Source: Perkinsus chesapeaki ATCC PRA-425 (lineage: Eukaryota > Protista > Perkinsozoa). From it: a stretch of 64,000 nt of DNA. A program made the translations under genes and the position numbers. Below, in pieces: positions 1-12,178 of this stretch. Location: positions 8,279 to 72,278 of the forward strand of contig JAAPAO010000115.1 of assembly GCA_013115145.1 (NCBI GenBank), written 5' to 3'. Below the pieces are notes generated by a model that was given only the letters and a program-made list of their open reading frames with translations, searched no databases and was not told the origin of the DNA. Position 1 is the first letter of the stretch, and each line of letters opens with the position of its first letter.

Positions 1-1
1 C

Positions 2-1246
2 CTTGGCGTTTATCTCACCATTGTTTGCTTTTCCGGGCTTTATGTGCTGGGTTTGATCTTACTAACCATATCGGCTATAAAGTCCATCAGTCAAGCTTGG
101 ATGATACACTTATCTTTGCTTGTACTTATCACGCTTGGTGCTGGTGGTATTAAGGCATGTGTTAACGTTATGGGTGCCCAACAGATGCACCCTGATGAGC
201 ACAAGAGTACTATCACCCGTTTCTTCACCTACTTCTATGCATCTATCAACCTCGGTGGAATCATTGGAGGTATCGCTGGTCCCATCCTTGTCCAGGAAAT
301 CTCCTTTGCGGCAAGTTTCGTCTTCCCGTTAATATTCTTTGTCATTGCTACTACGATTTTCGTAATGGGTGACTTCCTTAAGCGCTATGTGAAGGCGAAA
401 CCGCAAGGCTCCGCGGTCCTCAAGGTTGGTCAGGTTGCTATCTACTCCGTATTCAAGTGCTCATTAGAGAAGAATAAGAAAAGTAAAGGTGGAAAGTTCG
501 AGGATGAATTCATCGAGGACGCTCGGGTATTTTTCCGATTGATACCACTTTTTGTATTAATCATCCCATTTGTAATGGCATATAATAATATGACCACTAC
601 ATTCCTCACTCAAGCTCTAAAGATGAACACCAATACATTTGGCTGGGCTATGCCACCAGCTCTAATGCAGAATGTGGATCCTATCGCGGTCATCGCTACG
701 TCGGTACTTGTTGATAGTCTCATTTTCCCGGCTCTCAGAAAGCGCAATATGATGCCTTCGGTATTGGTTCGTTTTTGCATAGGGTCACTTTTGGCCGCCC
801 TATCGCTGGTATGTGCCCTCATCCTCGAGTATGTTGTAATGTCCCATCCTGCATTCACCATATCTATTTGGTGGCAGATTCCACAATTCACATTCATCGC
901 ATCGGGTGAAGTGTTCCTCATTTCCACTTCTTATGAAGTTGCCTACACCCACGCACCAAGTCAACTCAAAGCCGTCGCATCAGCAGTTAATCTCTGCTTT
1001 AATGCGATCGCATCAGTCCTCTCCGCCGCCCTGTTTCAGCTTGCCAGAGGATGGCTTCAGGACTTCGACCCCAAAAATGCTGAAGAATCGATCCGTGGTT
1101 CCCATTATGATTACTATTACTATGTGCTGATCGTATTAGCGTTGGTTGGTGCTATCGGTTCATTAGCAATGGTACCATACTATAACAGAATTAAGAATGA
1201 TGAGCTTTGCCGTCGGAAAACCGAAGATTCTGTCAGTGAAGTGTAG
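2..1246 (+). CDS. POT/PTR family proton-dependent oligopeptide transporter (5' truncated by window edge), intronless
   Basis: Frame is open from base 2 (LGVYLTIVCFSGLYVLGL...). Motifs LGAGGIKACV and FFTYFYASINLGG, plus many TM segments, are typical of PTR2. Confidence 0.9.
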   Translation, partial: LGVYLTIVCFSGLYVLGLILLTISAIKSISQAWMIHLSLLVLITLGAGGIKACVNVMGAQQMHPDEHKSTITRFFTYFYASINLGGIIGGIAGPILVQEISFAASFVFPLIFFVIATTIFVMGDFLKRYVKAKPQGSAVLKVGQVAIYSVFKCSLEKNKKSKGGKFEDEFIEDARVFFRLIPLFVLIIPFVMAYNNMTTTFLTQALKMNTNTFGWAMPPALMQNVDPIAVIATSVLVDSLIFPALRKRNMMPSVLVRFCIGSLLAALSLVCALILEYVVMSHPAFTISIWWQIPQFTFIASGEVFLISTSYEVAYTHAPSQLKAVASAVNLCFNAIASVLSAALFQLARGWLQDFDPKNAEESIRGSHYDYYYYVLIVLALVGAIGSLAMVPYYNRIKNDELCRRKTEDSVSEV

Positions 1247-2141
1247 AATAGCCTTTAGTTGTAGCAAATCGTTTGTTGGCTGCTACAAGTTCTATAGTTT
1301 TTTACTTCTGGTGAGGGCGGAGGCTTATGCCTCGGTCTTGCCTTGTACTACATTCAATCGATTTTATTTCATTAGCAAACGCTAGTCATGACAAGTTGAA
1401 TCCGAGTTAGATAGTTAATTATCTCCACGTGCAATACTAGTGATCATCGTCACTGACTTCAAGATTGCCGAATCAATATCGGATTCCCATGTGCTTGAGA
1501 CATGTCTATTCCAGGCCATGCTCTTCAATATAGTTTAGTCTCATTGAGTATTTTACAATTGAAACGCTTCACTTTTCAAAGAGAAACTGTAAAGGATTGC
1601 ATTATCAATCCCATAGTTACACACCACAATAATGGCGAAGGCCGAGGGGCTATTCGAGCTTATTGGCAGTAATATGTTCAATTGTTTACTAACTATCAGA
1701 TAAAGATTATACGATGGGTTGTTAATGACAGCTTGTCTTCGTTTTACTGCTTCTCCGTCCAATTGGTGCAAGTCCACCTGCCGGTAGCGTTTTCTACGTC
1801 CACGAAGAGCTAGTTGTTTAAACTTTCTCCCCTTGAAGTGCTATGATGCCCCATTGGTGGGGTGATACATTTCTACCGTCGTGCTTTGTAGCAGAAAGTA
1901 TCCATGATTGTTATTGATACAAGTGTTACAAGATATGGACCCAACCCCGATCATGGGGAACGGTATGGCGGAAACCCTCTTTCTCATTCACCAGCAAAAT
2001 GACAGAAACAAAACAGCAAATCTAACCGTTATGCGGAAAGCAGCAGCGAGAGGAATTAAATCGCGAAGCAAATGTTAGATGGTGATGCGCGACCTAACCA
2101 GCCCGCATTTGAGATAGAATGGTTCAGATAAGTCATCCTAT

Positions 2142-3140
2142 TTATGTGGGGGCCCCATTCTGGTCTTCGAGCGTTAGTGCTGTTATAGACAGATATTCGC
2201 TGCGAGCAAGTGATGCTAGAACAGCTATATCCCAATCATTCGTAACACTGAGGCACTTGAGAAGACCAGAACCAGAAAACATATCAGATTTGAGGATTTG
2301 GGTAGACGTTAATAAGTCAACGACTACGACCCATGCTTGAAATATGGGAGTGTTACCGGGTACATCATTCAGAGTTCGGACAGCAATACAGGCCAAAGCA
2401 CTTGTATTGGGGATGAACCGACAAAGGTGGGCTCCTTGGATGGACGTGGACGACACATCTTCATCCGAGGAGTTTACTATTCTATAACGAATTGTATTAT
2501 CAACAATAAAGAGTAGTTGATGATTGGCGCTGAGAGAGGTATCAGCAATGCAATCAAATGAGTCAATCTCATCACTGGACTCGTAAATGCGTACCCAAGC
2601 ATTGTAATCATCACTGCGTAAATCCAAATAGTAGACAACCAAATCGCCAAGTGTTGTGATGAATATATGATGGTTTGAAACTACCATATTGTCAACCACC
2701 TCATACGCTCTTGAGAGAGGTAAAGGGATATCAGGCAATACTGAGGCCGCATTCGTAAGGGATAGTCTAACAATCGTGAGGTTCATACTGTCAACGCCGA
2801 AAATCATTGTGCCTTCTGTGCCGATAATTGAGAATCTTTGACCGATAAATAACTCCGCGACTGGCTCGCCAAAGTTGCTGGGCACATAGGCACATATTAA
2901 AGATTGTCGGGCCAAACACATGAGAGTGAGGAATGACGAGTCGCCGAGTGTGGTGATGTTGTCGATGTAAGTCTGCCTGCCAACGGTTGATCTCAAGGCT
3001 ATCGAGGCTGGTATGGGCGACCTAAGATACCTCCAAACGTTCCAGAGGATGTCCTCGTGTAAGAATCCAATGCGTTTGTGTAAAACTCCAAGATAGACCG
3101 ATAAAAGTTGCCGACGCCGAGATGCTTGCCGAAAAGACAT
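2142..3140 (-). CDS. Hypothetical 332-aa protein with F-box-like N-terminal motif and beta-strand-rich (propeller-like) body
   Basis: Long intronless ORF. LHEDILWNVWRYL resembles an F-box helix; family assignment is inference. Confidence 0.55.
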   Translation of the reverse strand: MSFRQASRRRQLLSVYLGVLHKRIGFLHEDILWNVWRYLRSPIPASIALRSTVGRQTYIDNITTLGDSSFLTLMCLARQSLICAYVPSNFGEPVAELFIGQRFSIIGTEGTMIFGVDSMNLTIVRLSLTNAASVLPDIPLPLSRAYEVVDNMVVSNHHIFITTLGDLVVYYLDLRSDDYNAWVRIYESSDEIDSFDCIADTSLSANHQLLFIVDNTIRYRIVNSSDEDVSSTSIQGAHLCRFIPNTSALACIAVRTLNDVPGNTPIFQAWVVVVDLLTSTQILKSDMFSGSGLLKCLSVTNDWDIAVLASLARSEYLSITALTLEDQNGAPT

Positions 3141-3576
3141 TCAACGCGGCACAAACTGATAAGACTGGCGGGATGGTGACACGGCTGCCCGTGTCACTGG
3201 AAAAAGACAGGAGCAATGATAGGCGAAATGTTTGATGGAAAGATGGTAACTACCGAGCGAATACCTCACGAACTATTGGCGGCAATCACACAGTGGCGAG
3301 GTTTAACTATCTGAAATGAAAAGGAAGTCTCTTTCACCGTAGATTAGATGACGAGGTTACTTGAATTGTGCGCCACGACAGGAGGGAACGCATGCATTGT
3401 TTGTGCGGGAAGATCCCAAAATCGCGCAATCATCCAAGTTTGGAGACGAAACATCATCAACCATATAATACGTCGTTGATTAGCCGTGGTATAAGCTCAA
3501 TGAAGTGTACGGTCTAAATTAGACCGTCTAATTGAGGTTACTCAACAAAAACCCTCGCTTGAGAAACTTCTAGAAG

Positions 3577-6198
3577 CTATTCGAGGTGGGGCCAGAATTG
3601 TTGGAGACAGGAAAGGTGTCCAGCAATGACGGCCCCGGGGTATTCCACGAAGCTGGATAAAATCGTTTCAACGAATCCACGTTGCTCCGGCGACAGGTTA
3701 AACGGATCCTTAGGGGGCATTTCGTAAGCAACTCGAGCTGCAGTTGGCAGAGTTAGGTCGGGAAGAGTCGTGAAAAGATTGAGTTCAACGTCGGTTATCG
3801 CGACACCGGGAATTGTGAGAACAACTCCCAAGAACGATACGAGTAGAGGCTTCATCGAATTGTGGGACTCAACCTGAGAGAAAAGTACAACTGATCTCTC
3901 CGACGTACTGTAGCTAATAAGCATTTACACCGTTAATAAGACAGCGCTTGAAAATTTCAAATCATTCTGAGTTGATAAACAACTCAGTTGATAAATTGTT
4001 GGATTAGTGGAAGCAATTTAGCATGTAACCAAAGTACCGACGGCAAATTGATATACGACCTGGCGGAAATATGGTATGAATCTGTTAGAGGAATATTCTA
4101 AATGTAAGAATAATAAGCGAACATCCCCACCGGCAAGATTCGAACGCGTGGGGTGATATGGCTCGACTTTTCATGGGAGTTCAATTCAGAATGCTAAATG
4201 AGGTATACAGTAGCCTACCACTTCTTCTGCAGTGAATGTTCGGGTGTAGAGTTTAGTGAGACGATCATCGATGGACCAATCAAAGTGCTTGTAAGGAATA
4301 TATTGTTGAGATCGAAGATACTTTATCCAACCAGGTGCCAGATGTGCACGCTCAGCTCCGTTTATTAATGTCTTCAGGTATCTGAGAGCAATACATAAAC
4401 GAAGGGGAAGGGAATGATATGTTTTTAAAAGGAATGCTTCTCTAAAACACCTAAAGGAGTTTTTCGTGTTCTTTACCAATCGTTTTATATATATATAAAG
4501 TCTGGAAGGATGTAATAATGAGCTGCTGCTGCTACTGCTGCTACTGCTGCTGCAAATCAGCATCTAGCACACTTTGCATTGCTCGTAGAGTACATTATCG
4601 AACACATGGCTCCTCAAATGAAGCGAGTTGAACGTGGCGACTCATCACTGGTGAGCCCATTATGGTAGAAATGGGGCCATTACAGTTGTACAACATCACA
4701 AACACATGCCATAGCTTAGTATCCTTTAAGTTGTTTATTTTTTCAACGAAAAGTTGTATGTGAGCATAGAATCTACGACACTCATTGCAAATCGCAAGTC
4801 CTCGGCAATTCACTAGCAGTTTGCCGTGTGATGCGTTGGCAATCGGCGATGCAAAGCTCAGTTTAAGACATCTCTGCGACCGCCTGTTTCACTAACGGGA
4901 AGTCATGTGCGCACCTTCGACTAGGCAGCCCATCCTCGAGCTCGCTAGATCCCGGAAACGTCTTTGTTTGCATATATATCATGACCCTCAAGCTCCCACC
5001 GCTACAATCATCAACGTATGGTGATACTTCAATCCATTGACGGTCATAAGAAGGGCCCTCACGAGAATCCAAAGTCCGAAGGCCCTCCTTGGTGAACCAG
5101 ACAACAACGCCGTGAACCTGAAGGTGGGGAAGGAATAATATTGATAGGAGCTACTTCTGTGCTGGTAATCAGATGACGAACTTTGCTACATAGGATATTT
5201 CAACCATCTCGGTTATTTTCCTCCCTTTGTGCGTCGAGTTAATCCGCGTCCGATGAGAGCCCCTCCACTATTCAAGAGTAGCCATTACTCGTATTAGTCG
5301 AGCGTGGTGGTCTCGCATAAAAAGCCCTGCCGGATCCGTGCTGGACCGGAGCGCGACGTGGCCCAAGGTGCAGGAAAGTATCGAGGATTTTTTCTTCGAA
5401 AACCAAGTCCGTGGAGTAATATAGCGATATATCCATGTTAGAAGAGTTCCCATGCCAAATTTCAGGTTGATATGACTAGCAGTAGTAGTTAAGAAGTTGA
5501 GCCCTCCACACGACCTTGGGTCTCTAGCTTGCGCGTACTGTAGAAGGTGTAGATCTCAATATTATTGATACCAGTCATTATAAGTAACGTGCGATAGAGA
5601 ACAATCATCTAGTGCTCTTGGCATTCTTTTATTTATACCGCAACCAGCACACGGTGGATGAGCGTAGAATTGTATGTTGAGAAGCATGGCTCATTGGTGC
5701 CATACATAGGCTGATAATCGAAATAATTCCCAACGTATCAAACTGGCTTACTGTCGATCCTTTTTTTGGACGAACATTGCCGTAATGACCTTCATAAGCA
5801 ACCATGCCTTTCGGGGATAAATTAAATATCAACTCGTAATCATCGAGGGTCTGAAAATGACACGCATCTCTCTGAGACAATCGAAGATTCATCTAGCGGC
5901 AGATGCAAACAATCGATACCGTCTTTCATTTGCCAACTTCGATGCTATTCGTCCGACCATTCAAGAACGGTGGTATTTCTGCACCACAGTAGAGCTCTCA
6001 AATACCAAAGAACGGACGTCGATTTCCATGGCAAACAGTTTAACGTACAGCTCTAATTGGTTTCCGGTTGCTAACTTCAATCCCTCGACTCTTGAGAGAA
6101 TCTAAGCTCATATTTGCACCGAACGAGAAGACTGGTATCTCCCCACTGGATGGTATTGGCTCTCGGGAGCCCAAAACATTTTTGAAAACATGTATCAT
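3577..6198 (-). CDS. Gamma-glutamylcyclotransferase (GGCT/AIG2-like) domain protein with C-terminal extension, paralog A, multi-exon
   Basis: Exons read EIPVFSFGANMSLDSLKSRG (~6080-6150), LDDYELIFN...GHYGNVRPKKG (~5750-5850), EGPSYDRQWIEV...PSRR (~4910-5070), YLKTLINGAERAHL..WIKYL (~4320-4380), then LLVSFLGVVLTIP...EQRGFVETIL to the stop at 3577. Confidence 0.75.
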
Positions 6199-6621
6199 AA
6201 AAACAACTAAAATGAATGTTGCACCTCGATACCATTCACACTCATCATCAACAGGCCAGAGATATCTTAATTTTCGGAGCTACCATTTCTGGGACTATGG
6301 TTTCAGTTAATTGATCCACATGAATTTATTGTTGTCAACGTTTATCAGTTCATTATCGTATTGAATCATCCTCTGTGACTTGTAATTCGACAGCAGCCTT
6401 GTTATTGGTAACAAGTGACGCATCGGAAAACTCCGGGATGGTTTCCGGGGTATCTTTCGAGATCCGAGCTCGAGTAACTGTCGTTGGTCGGGTGCGGGAG
6501 AGAAGTGTTACAGATGGTGCATAATCGATCAAGCGATCGATTTCAGAGTTATATCTCATAACTACTTCAAACACAACTCTCCTGTTATGAGAAACACGAG
6601 ATGAAATAGAATCAAAACTAA

Positions 6622-8415
6622 TCATGATTGCACTCCCCAATACTTCTCGAAATCGCCTTCCAATTTCCCTACAATTCTCAACCGTTTAGTTTGCGAAACG
6701 GCAGACTCTAAGACAGTCTCAAGAAATCCTCGTTGCTCCTCCGACAAGGAACCTTCAACTGGCGAGGCGTCATAGGAAACAAATCGAGCGCAAGTGTGGG
6801 TTAGATCCCCACCGAGTGCAAAAAGCTTTCGTTCAAGTGTTGTCAAATTGTTCGGGACAGCCAGAACGACTCCCAAGAGGGATATCAGCATTGTAGATTC
6901 GGATTCACGGTGATGGGGAATCTGAAGAAGCATGATTATCAAATCCAAATTCGACGCGGAAGGGGGATAGTCGTGGAAATAACACGAATATGCTACCAGT
7001 GTGATGATACATTGAAAAGGGTGAAGTACAAGATTTATCAGAGCAAGGGAAAAACAAGTGCGCAACTGTTGGAGACTGAAGGAACCTCAAAGAGGTCATC
7101 ATTGCTATAGGAAGTATTTCCAAGTTGAAAAAGGCTGACAAGATCAGCTTCGTTTTTTCTCACTTCTTCCTTTTTGAAAGTCTTCCTGTTAAGCTGTTCG
7201 ATCCTCCCTTCCGCGGCGATATCAAATTTCATGAAGTCTATAAAAGGGATCGATCGAAGCTTCGAGATCCATTTGTCGCTTAATTCAGCTTTTTCTGCTC
7301 CGTCGATCAACGTCTTAATATACCTTGAATCAACACTTTAATTTCTCATACCAACTTTTACTCACCTCCTCCCAGGTTTCCCTTCATTTCGTTCACCAGG
7401 TTGCTGTTGATAAATCATAACTCCAATTTCATCTCCTCCATCATAGAGTTCAACTGTCGCCCATCGACGCTCATACCGTGGGCTTTCAAAACCATCTAGA
7501 TGAGCCAAGCCCGCTCGAGTTATCCAAAACACTACACCGTGGACCTATGGGAGTCAATCATACTGGTAAAGTGGAAGATGCTGGAAAGGCTATCAAACCC
7601 ATTGTGGAATACCTTTACTGTCAGACCGCCAGTAATACCGTACGAATTTCGATCAGATGTTTCACGGGCTCGAGTTTTTCGGTCAATTTTCGGTAACATT
7701 TCAATTGAGTCGTGGAATCGAGTCATACCACTTTGGGTGATACGTTCCTCTAGATGCGGAAATGAAGGTTAATGGAAGACTGAAAGAGCACCGAAACCGG
7801 GAGGGAAGTCCATTAGCACGCGCACGATTTTCTGATCTTCCTATAACACCTCCACCCTATTCTTCTGTTACTAGACCCTTTTATTAAGATTCAATCACCT
7901 CCGAATAAGGGCAAGGAGTAACGTTGGCATAATAACCCTCCTTGAAGAAGAGACCTTGTGGCTCCATATCAAATACGAGATCGTAATCCCGTAGTATCTA
8001 CAAATGACAATATTAAGTATCCTAATGATTCAATATACGGTATCAAGGATGGCTTTTCATAGCAAAACCTTTTATTAAACGTCTGCCATGTCTGTAATGC
8101 TACCAAGCTTCCTTCTGTATACATTAACATAGGCCCTGGACCGTATGGTGCCGTTCGCGAGCGAGAGAGATCAACAATTACTTAACAAACATATATTATA
8201 ATTCACTGATGCATAAAATCCTCCTTTTAATAAGCCATAAGTTGATATCTTCCTACCGCTCTTCTCGATTCTTTTAGTCCGGTCTCAACCCCCCGACTCT
8301 TCAAGGAATCAGCACTCATATTTGCGCCGAATGAAAACATCGGTATCTCATCCATGTCTTCTGGTATGTCTACTCGATACGCTTGAGGAGGAGGCTCATC
8401 TTCGGACGCAACCAT
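6622..8415 (-). CDS. Gamma-glutamylcyclotransferase domain protein with C-terminal extension, paralog B, multi-exon
   Basis: Exons read EIPMFSFGANMSADSLKSRG, ILRDYDLVFD...GYYANVTP, YERRWATVEL...PGRR|YIKTLIDGAEKAEL..WISKL, LISLLGVVLAVP...EQRGFLETVL. Collinear with paralog A. Confidence 0.8.
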
Positions 8416-8776
8416 ATTATTATTAAAAAAAGACTGGTCGAATGGTAAATATGATTTATTATTTTTAAATAGTAAAATGCTACGAATTTACAAAGCGATG
8501 AAAACTGAGGGCACTTACGACCCGAAACGTTACTGAGAGTATCAAGTGGAACCTTCCTAAAAAATAGTCATATTGGATTGAAGAAGATAAAAGACTTTAC
8601 CTTGGCCTATCTACACTGACCTCCGGAGGGGGAGGATAAATGTGACTATAGCCACTAGGGATTTCTATGTTCTATTTGGATTAACCTCCCAAAAGATATT
8701 TATTTGCTCAGAACGCTGACCATTGATAACGGCAGTTAATATTATAAAACAATATGAAAAGCTTGCTTAACAAAAC

Positions 8777-9789
8777 TTAGTCAAACTCTGGTTCGAGAAC
8801 AACAGCAACGTTGCTCCCTTTAAACCTCATACTTGCCAATAGCTTTCCAGCACCGATAGAATCGAGCTGTTGGATCGACGATTCGATACCAAGAAGTTGC
8901 TTGTCAATCTGGAATAGGTTGCCGTCTCCATCGTCACCAGTAGGAGTCATACCGTACCGCCATACGAAGAACTTAGTTAGCATCTTGTAGTTAGCATTAC
9001 CATATAAAGAATGGATAAATGCTCGTCGAAGGCAAGGCACGTTGGGCGACGTAAACCATCGAGAAGTACTTCACCGGGCTTTTTACGGTTATAAGTGTCG
9101 AATTGAACAACCCTGCTGTTGGAGGTATCGGCAACTAGAATAAATCTATCTTTAATAAGAATAGTATCAGAAGGGAAGGCCAATCGTGGGGCTTCATGAG
9201 AATTAACGGTATCATAATAATAAATAGCATGATTGTTGTCAATCTCTATTATTCTACAATTGAATGTATCACATACAATAGATCCTCTTCCACCATATCG
9301 CTGGATAGCCGAGAAAACAGTGTGAGGGGCAATAGTGTTGTTGGCGTCGTCTGGAGGAATGAGTAAATCAAGGACAAACTCGTCATGAAGCTCGTGGGCC
9401 ACACTACCATCTGATCTAAGATACGACCGGCTGAGCAGCTCCCCTGTAGTGGCTCGAAATCTCCCAATAGAACCATCTTGGAATGTGAAGGAACCAATCA
9501 AAGTGGGGATATCGGGTTCCTTGTCCATATAGCGTTTGATAGGAATTAAACGCGTCGGCAAACCCGAGGGCTTCAGAAATTCCCAAACTATCATCTTGAG
9601 GTCGCTGCCATAATATTCTGCACTGTTATTTGCAGCTTCCAACAAAATACACATTTGCGGTCGAGTTCTCTCATAAATTGGCCTCTCCTGTGTTTGGTTG
9701 AAATCACTTTTACAGAGGAGTGAATCAGAGAATGACGAAATGCCGTGGCCGATGGGTTTTATGATGTTATTTGAAAGGCGGGCCCCCAT
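8777..9789 (-). CDS. NHL-repeat/beta-propeller protein, probably two exons
   Basis: ILVADTSNSRVVQFD and LLDGLRRPTCLAFDE are NHL-like. ORFs 8977..9789 and 8777..9040 join in frame through a candidate GTAATG...CTAACTAAG intron. Confidence 0.65.
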
Positions 9790-9852
9790 TTATTAAGACA
9801 TGCATAAAATATTTTCAGGAACCTCCTGCTTAATCGCCAAAAAATGGGAATA

Positions 9853-9934
9853 CGACACCTGAGGGATTCGAACCCTCGCGGGCAGAGCCCAACGGCTTAG
9901 CAGGCCGCCGCCTTAACCACTCGGCCAAAGTGCC
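9853..9934 (-). tRNA. tRNA-Ser(GCT)
   Basis: GGCACTT TGGCCGAGTGGTTAAGGCG GCGGC-CTGCTAA-GCCGT, long variable arm GGGCTCTGCCC, T arm GAGGG-TTCGAAT-CCCTC, AGGTGTC G. Complete cloverleaf. Confidence 0.95.
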
Positions 9935-10534
9935 TGATAACGGCAGAAAGGTAAAGGTGCTACTGTATGTGTCAGTTGTCATGAAGGCAACCTTCAGATA
10001 CGTAGACTCGAAGACCTCGTAATATCGCTTTCGAGGTGAACGCTGATTGTATCGAATATTGTCGGCGATGAAATATCATCAAATACGATCAATGAATATC
10101 GATGCGAATATGGCAAGCGATGAAATGACGAGAGAGTGAATTACAAAGTACATTCAGTATATTGGATGGTGAAAAGTGAATCAAACAGCAACGGCTGAAT
10201 CGCTGCATATGAGCAAGGACGCTATTTCACTACAGTAACCCTACTCATGTGCAATACGAAGCACTCATTCAATGGCCGCTAACACGTTCATGAGCAAGTT
10301 AAATGAGATGGCCGTTCGTTCACTATTGGAAACACAAGTCTTTAGTAGAGATATTGCACACTATCTCGTAGCTGATGATGGTTTTGGTCGAAAGAAATAT
10401 TACTCGCAGATAGCGATTTAAAATCAAACAGTAGAGGAGATTCGCTATCGAGTTTGGTGATACAAGGAAAGCCAAACGACCGGTAAAAAATCTAGTAAAT
10501 GCCTCGCCAATGCCAGGCATGCGCATGAGCGGCT

Positions 10535-12004
10535 TCAGACGAATAGCAGTAAGAAAATCACAAACACAAGAGAAACGCGAGAATACGGAAGAACAGCCGC
10601 AGACGACTGAGGAATGCATTCTTCTCCTCCGACGGACCGCTTCTCCTTTGGAGCAATTGTAGGTTTTGTCAAACCAATTTCAACCGCTTTCTCAGCATTA
10701 AGTCGACCAAAGTAACCAATCTCGCTGTTGAAGCGGTTGTTCAATCCGTCCGCAGATTCCACTATGGATTTTTTAATGTCGTCAAATGACAAACCAATAG
10801 AGTACAAAATAGCAGCAACACCAGTGACATGTGGAGTGGCCATCGATGTACCAGTCATATATACGTACTCGTTGCTAGGATACGTAGAAGGTATCTCCAC
10901 ACCAGGAGCAGCAATGTCGACGTACGGTGCGTAGTTGCTGTGTGACGCCAGTTGATCATCGGATGTTCTCCCACTCGACGCTACACAAATCATATCAACC
11001 TGTTCGGTAAATGCACAAGGATACACCTTATCAACGCTGATATCGCGGCCTTCGTTACCGGCAGCTGCAACCACCAGATGGCCCTGCTCGGCAGCCCTCG
11101 AGATTGCCAACCTGAATGTTGAACTGGCATCGGGGCTGCCATAAGAATGAGATGACAAATCGGCACCCTGCTCGACAGCATAATTAAGAGCTTCCAAAGC
11201 CAGTCGCACATCGCCCGTGCCGTCCGGACCGAAGACTCTCAAAGGCATTATCTTCACACGAGCGATACCGGCAACTCCGACACCGTTGTCGGTTACAGCG
11301 CCTAGAATGCCAGCACAGTGAGTACCATGACCATTCACATCACTCACATCGCTGTTGTCGTCATGAAAGTTGTAACCATAACCACAACTATCACTGGCGA
11401 AAAGGTTCTCCCGGAGGTCCTCATGCCGATAGTCAACACCGGAATCAATAACAGCTACAACAACTTCTCGAAGGTCTCGCTCTTCTATGAGCTTCCACGC
11501 ATCCTTCATACCAATCAAGTCCAGGTTCCATTGCTTTGAAGAATACTTGTCGTTGACGCCAAGACCAGACAGAGACGACCGCACCCCACCACTGATGGCA
11601 GTGGAGGCAGTTATTTCTAATTTAAGGGTATAGTTCGGCTCACATAGCACCACCATATCGAGTTCTTCACCAGCCTGCTCCAAATACCGGCATACATCAT
11701 CACGAGTAGCATTGCATTCCTCACCAGCAGTCTTCACAACTTGTACACCAATCGTTGCCATTGTCTCAACCGATAGTGTATTGGCCAAACAAGCCTCCAC
11801 TGCAGCATCTGTAGATGACAAGCGTCTTGAGCTGCCAGACCAAAGGGCTGGTACATCACGGACGTCGATAATGTCGGAAATGGACGCCAGCTGAAGTACA
11901 CCAGATTTGGCCGACTTGGTGATGCTTACAATAGTATTGTCATCAGCGATGTCGCCCAATGACAAGTTAATTAGAATAGATAGTATATAGAGGAACCGAA
12001 GCAT
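10535..12004 (-). CDS. Subtilisin-like serine protease (S8) with signal peptide and hydrophobic C-terminus, intronless
   Basis: Catalytic triad motifs VAVIDSGVD, HGTHCAG, GTSMATPHV. Confidence 0.95.
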   Translation of the reverse strand: MLRFLYILSILINLSLGDIADDNTIVSITKSAKSGVLQLASISDIIDVRDVPALWSGSSRRLSSTDAAVEACLANTLSVETMATIGVQVVKTAGEECNATRDDVCRYLEQAGEELDMVVLCEPNYTLKLEITASTAISGGVRSSLSGLGVNDKYSSKQWNLDLIGMKDAWKLIEERDLREVVVAVIDSGVDYRHEDLRENLFASDSCGYGYNFHDDNSDVSDVNGHGTHCAGILGAVTDNGVGVAGIARVKIMPLRVFGPDGTGDVRLALEALNYAVEQGADLSSHSYGSPDASSTFRLAISRAAEQGHLVVAAAGNEGRDISVDKVYPCAFTEQVDMICVASSGRTSDDQLASHSNYAPYVDIAAPGVEIPSTYPSNEYVYMTGTSMATPHVTGVAAILYSIGLSFDDIKKSIVESADGLNNRFNSEIGYFGRLNAEKAVEIGLTKPTIAPKEKRSVGGEECIPQSSAAVLPYSRVSLVFVIFLLLFV

Positions 12005-12178
12005 TTAGTAATGGTATGAGCGAAGACAGGCTATCAGGGAGACAGCGATTGTGTCGGAGTTGAGGCACTCATAAAATTAACTCAATACAGTATTCAAGCA
12101 AACGATTTTAGCCAACAGGCTGACATGCTTTAACTGCATTTCACTTCACATAATGCAAATCATTCATTCCAGCAATTC

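Noticed and set aside
1553-1842. Minus-strand ORF fragment downstream of the F-box-like gene
   Set aside because: No clear start or recognisable domain; cannot support a gene call.
4114-4165. CCCCAC...TTCGAA...GTGGGG hairpin as a tRNA or B-box element
   Set aside because: Lacks the GGTTCGA core and any cloverleaf; too weak to count.
6353-6640. 95-aa ORF as a continuation of GGCT paralog B
   Set aside because: Paralog B stops at the position equivalent to paralog A's stop; there is no splice or homology evidence.
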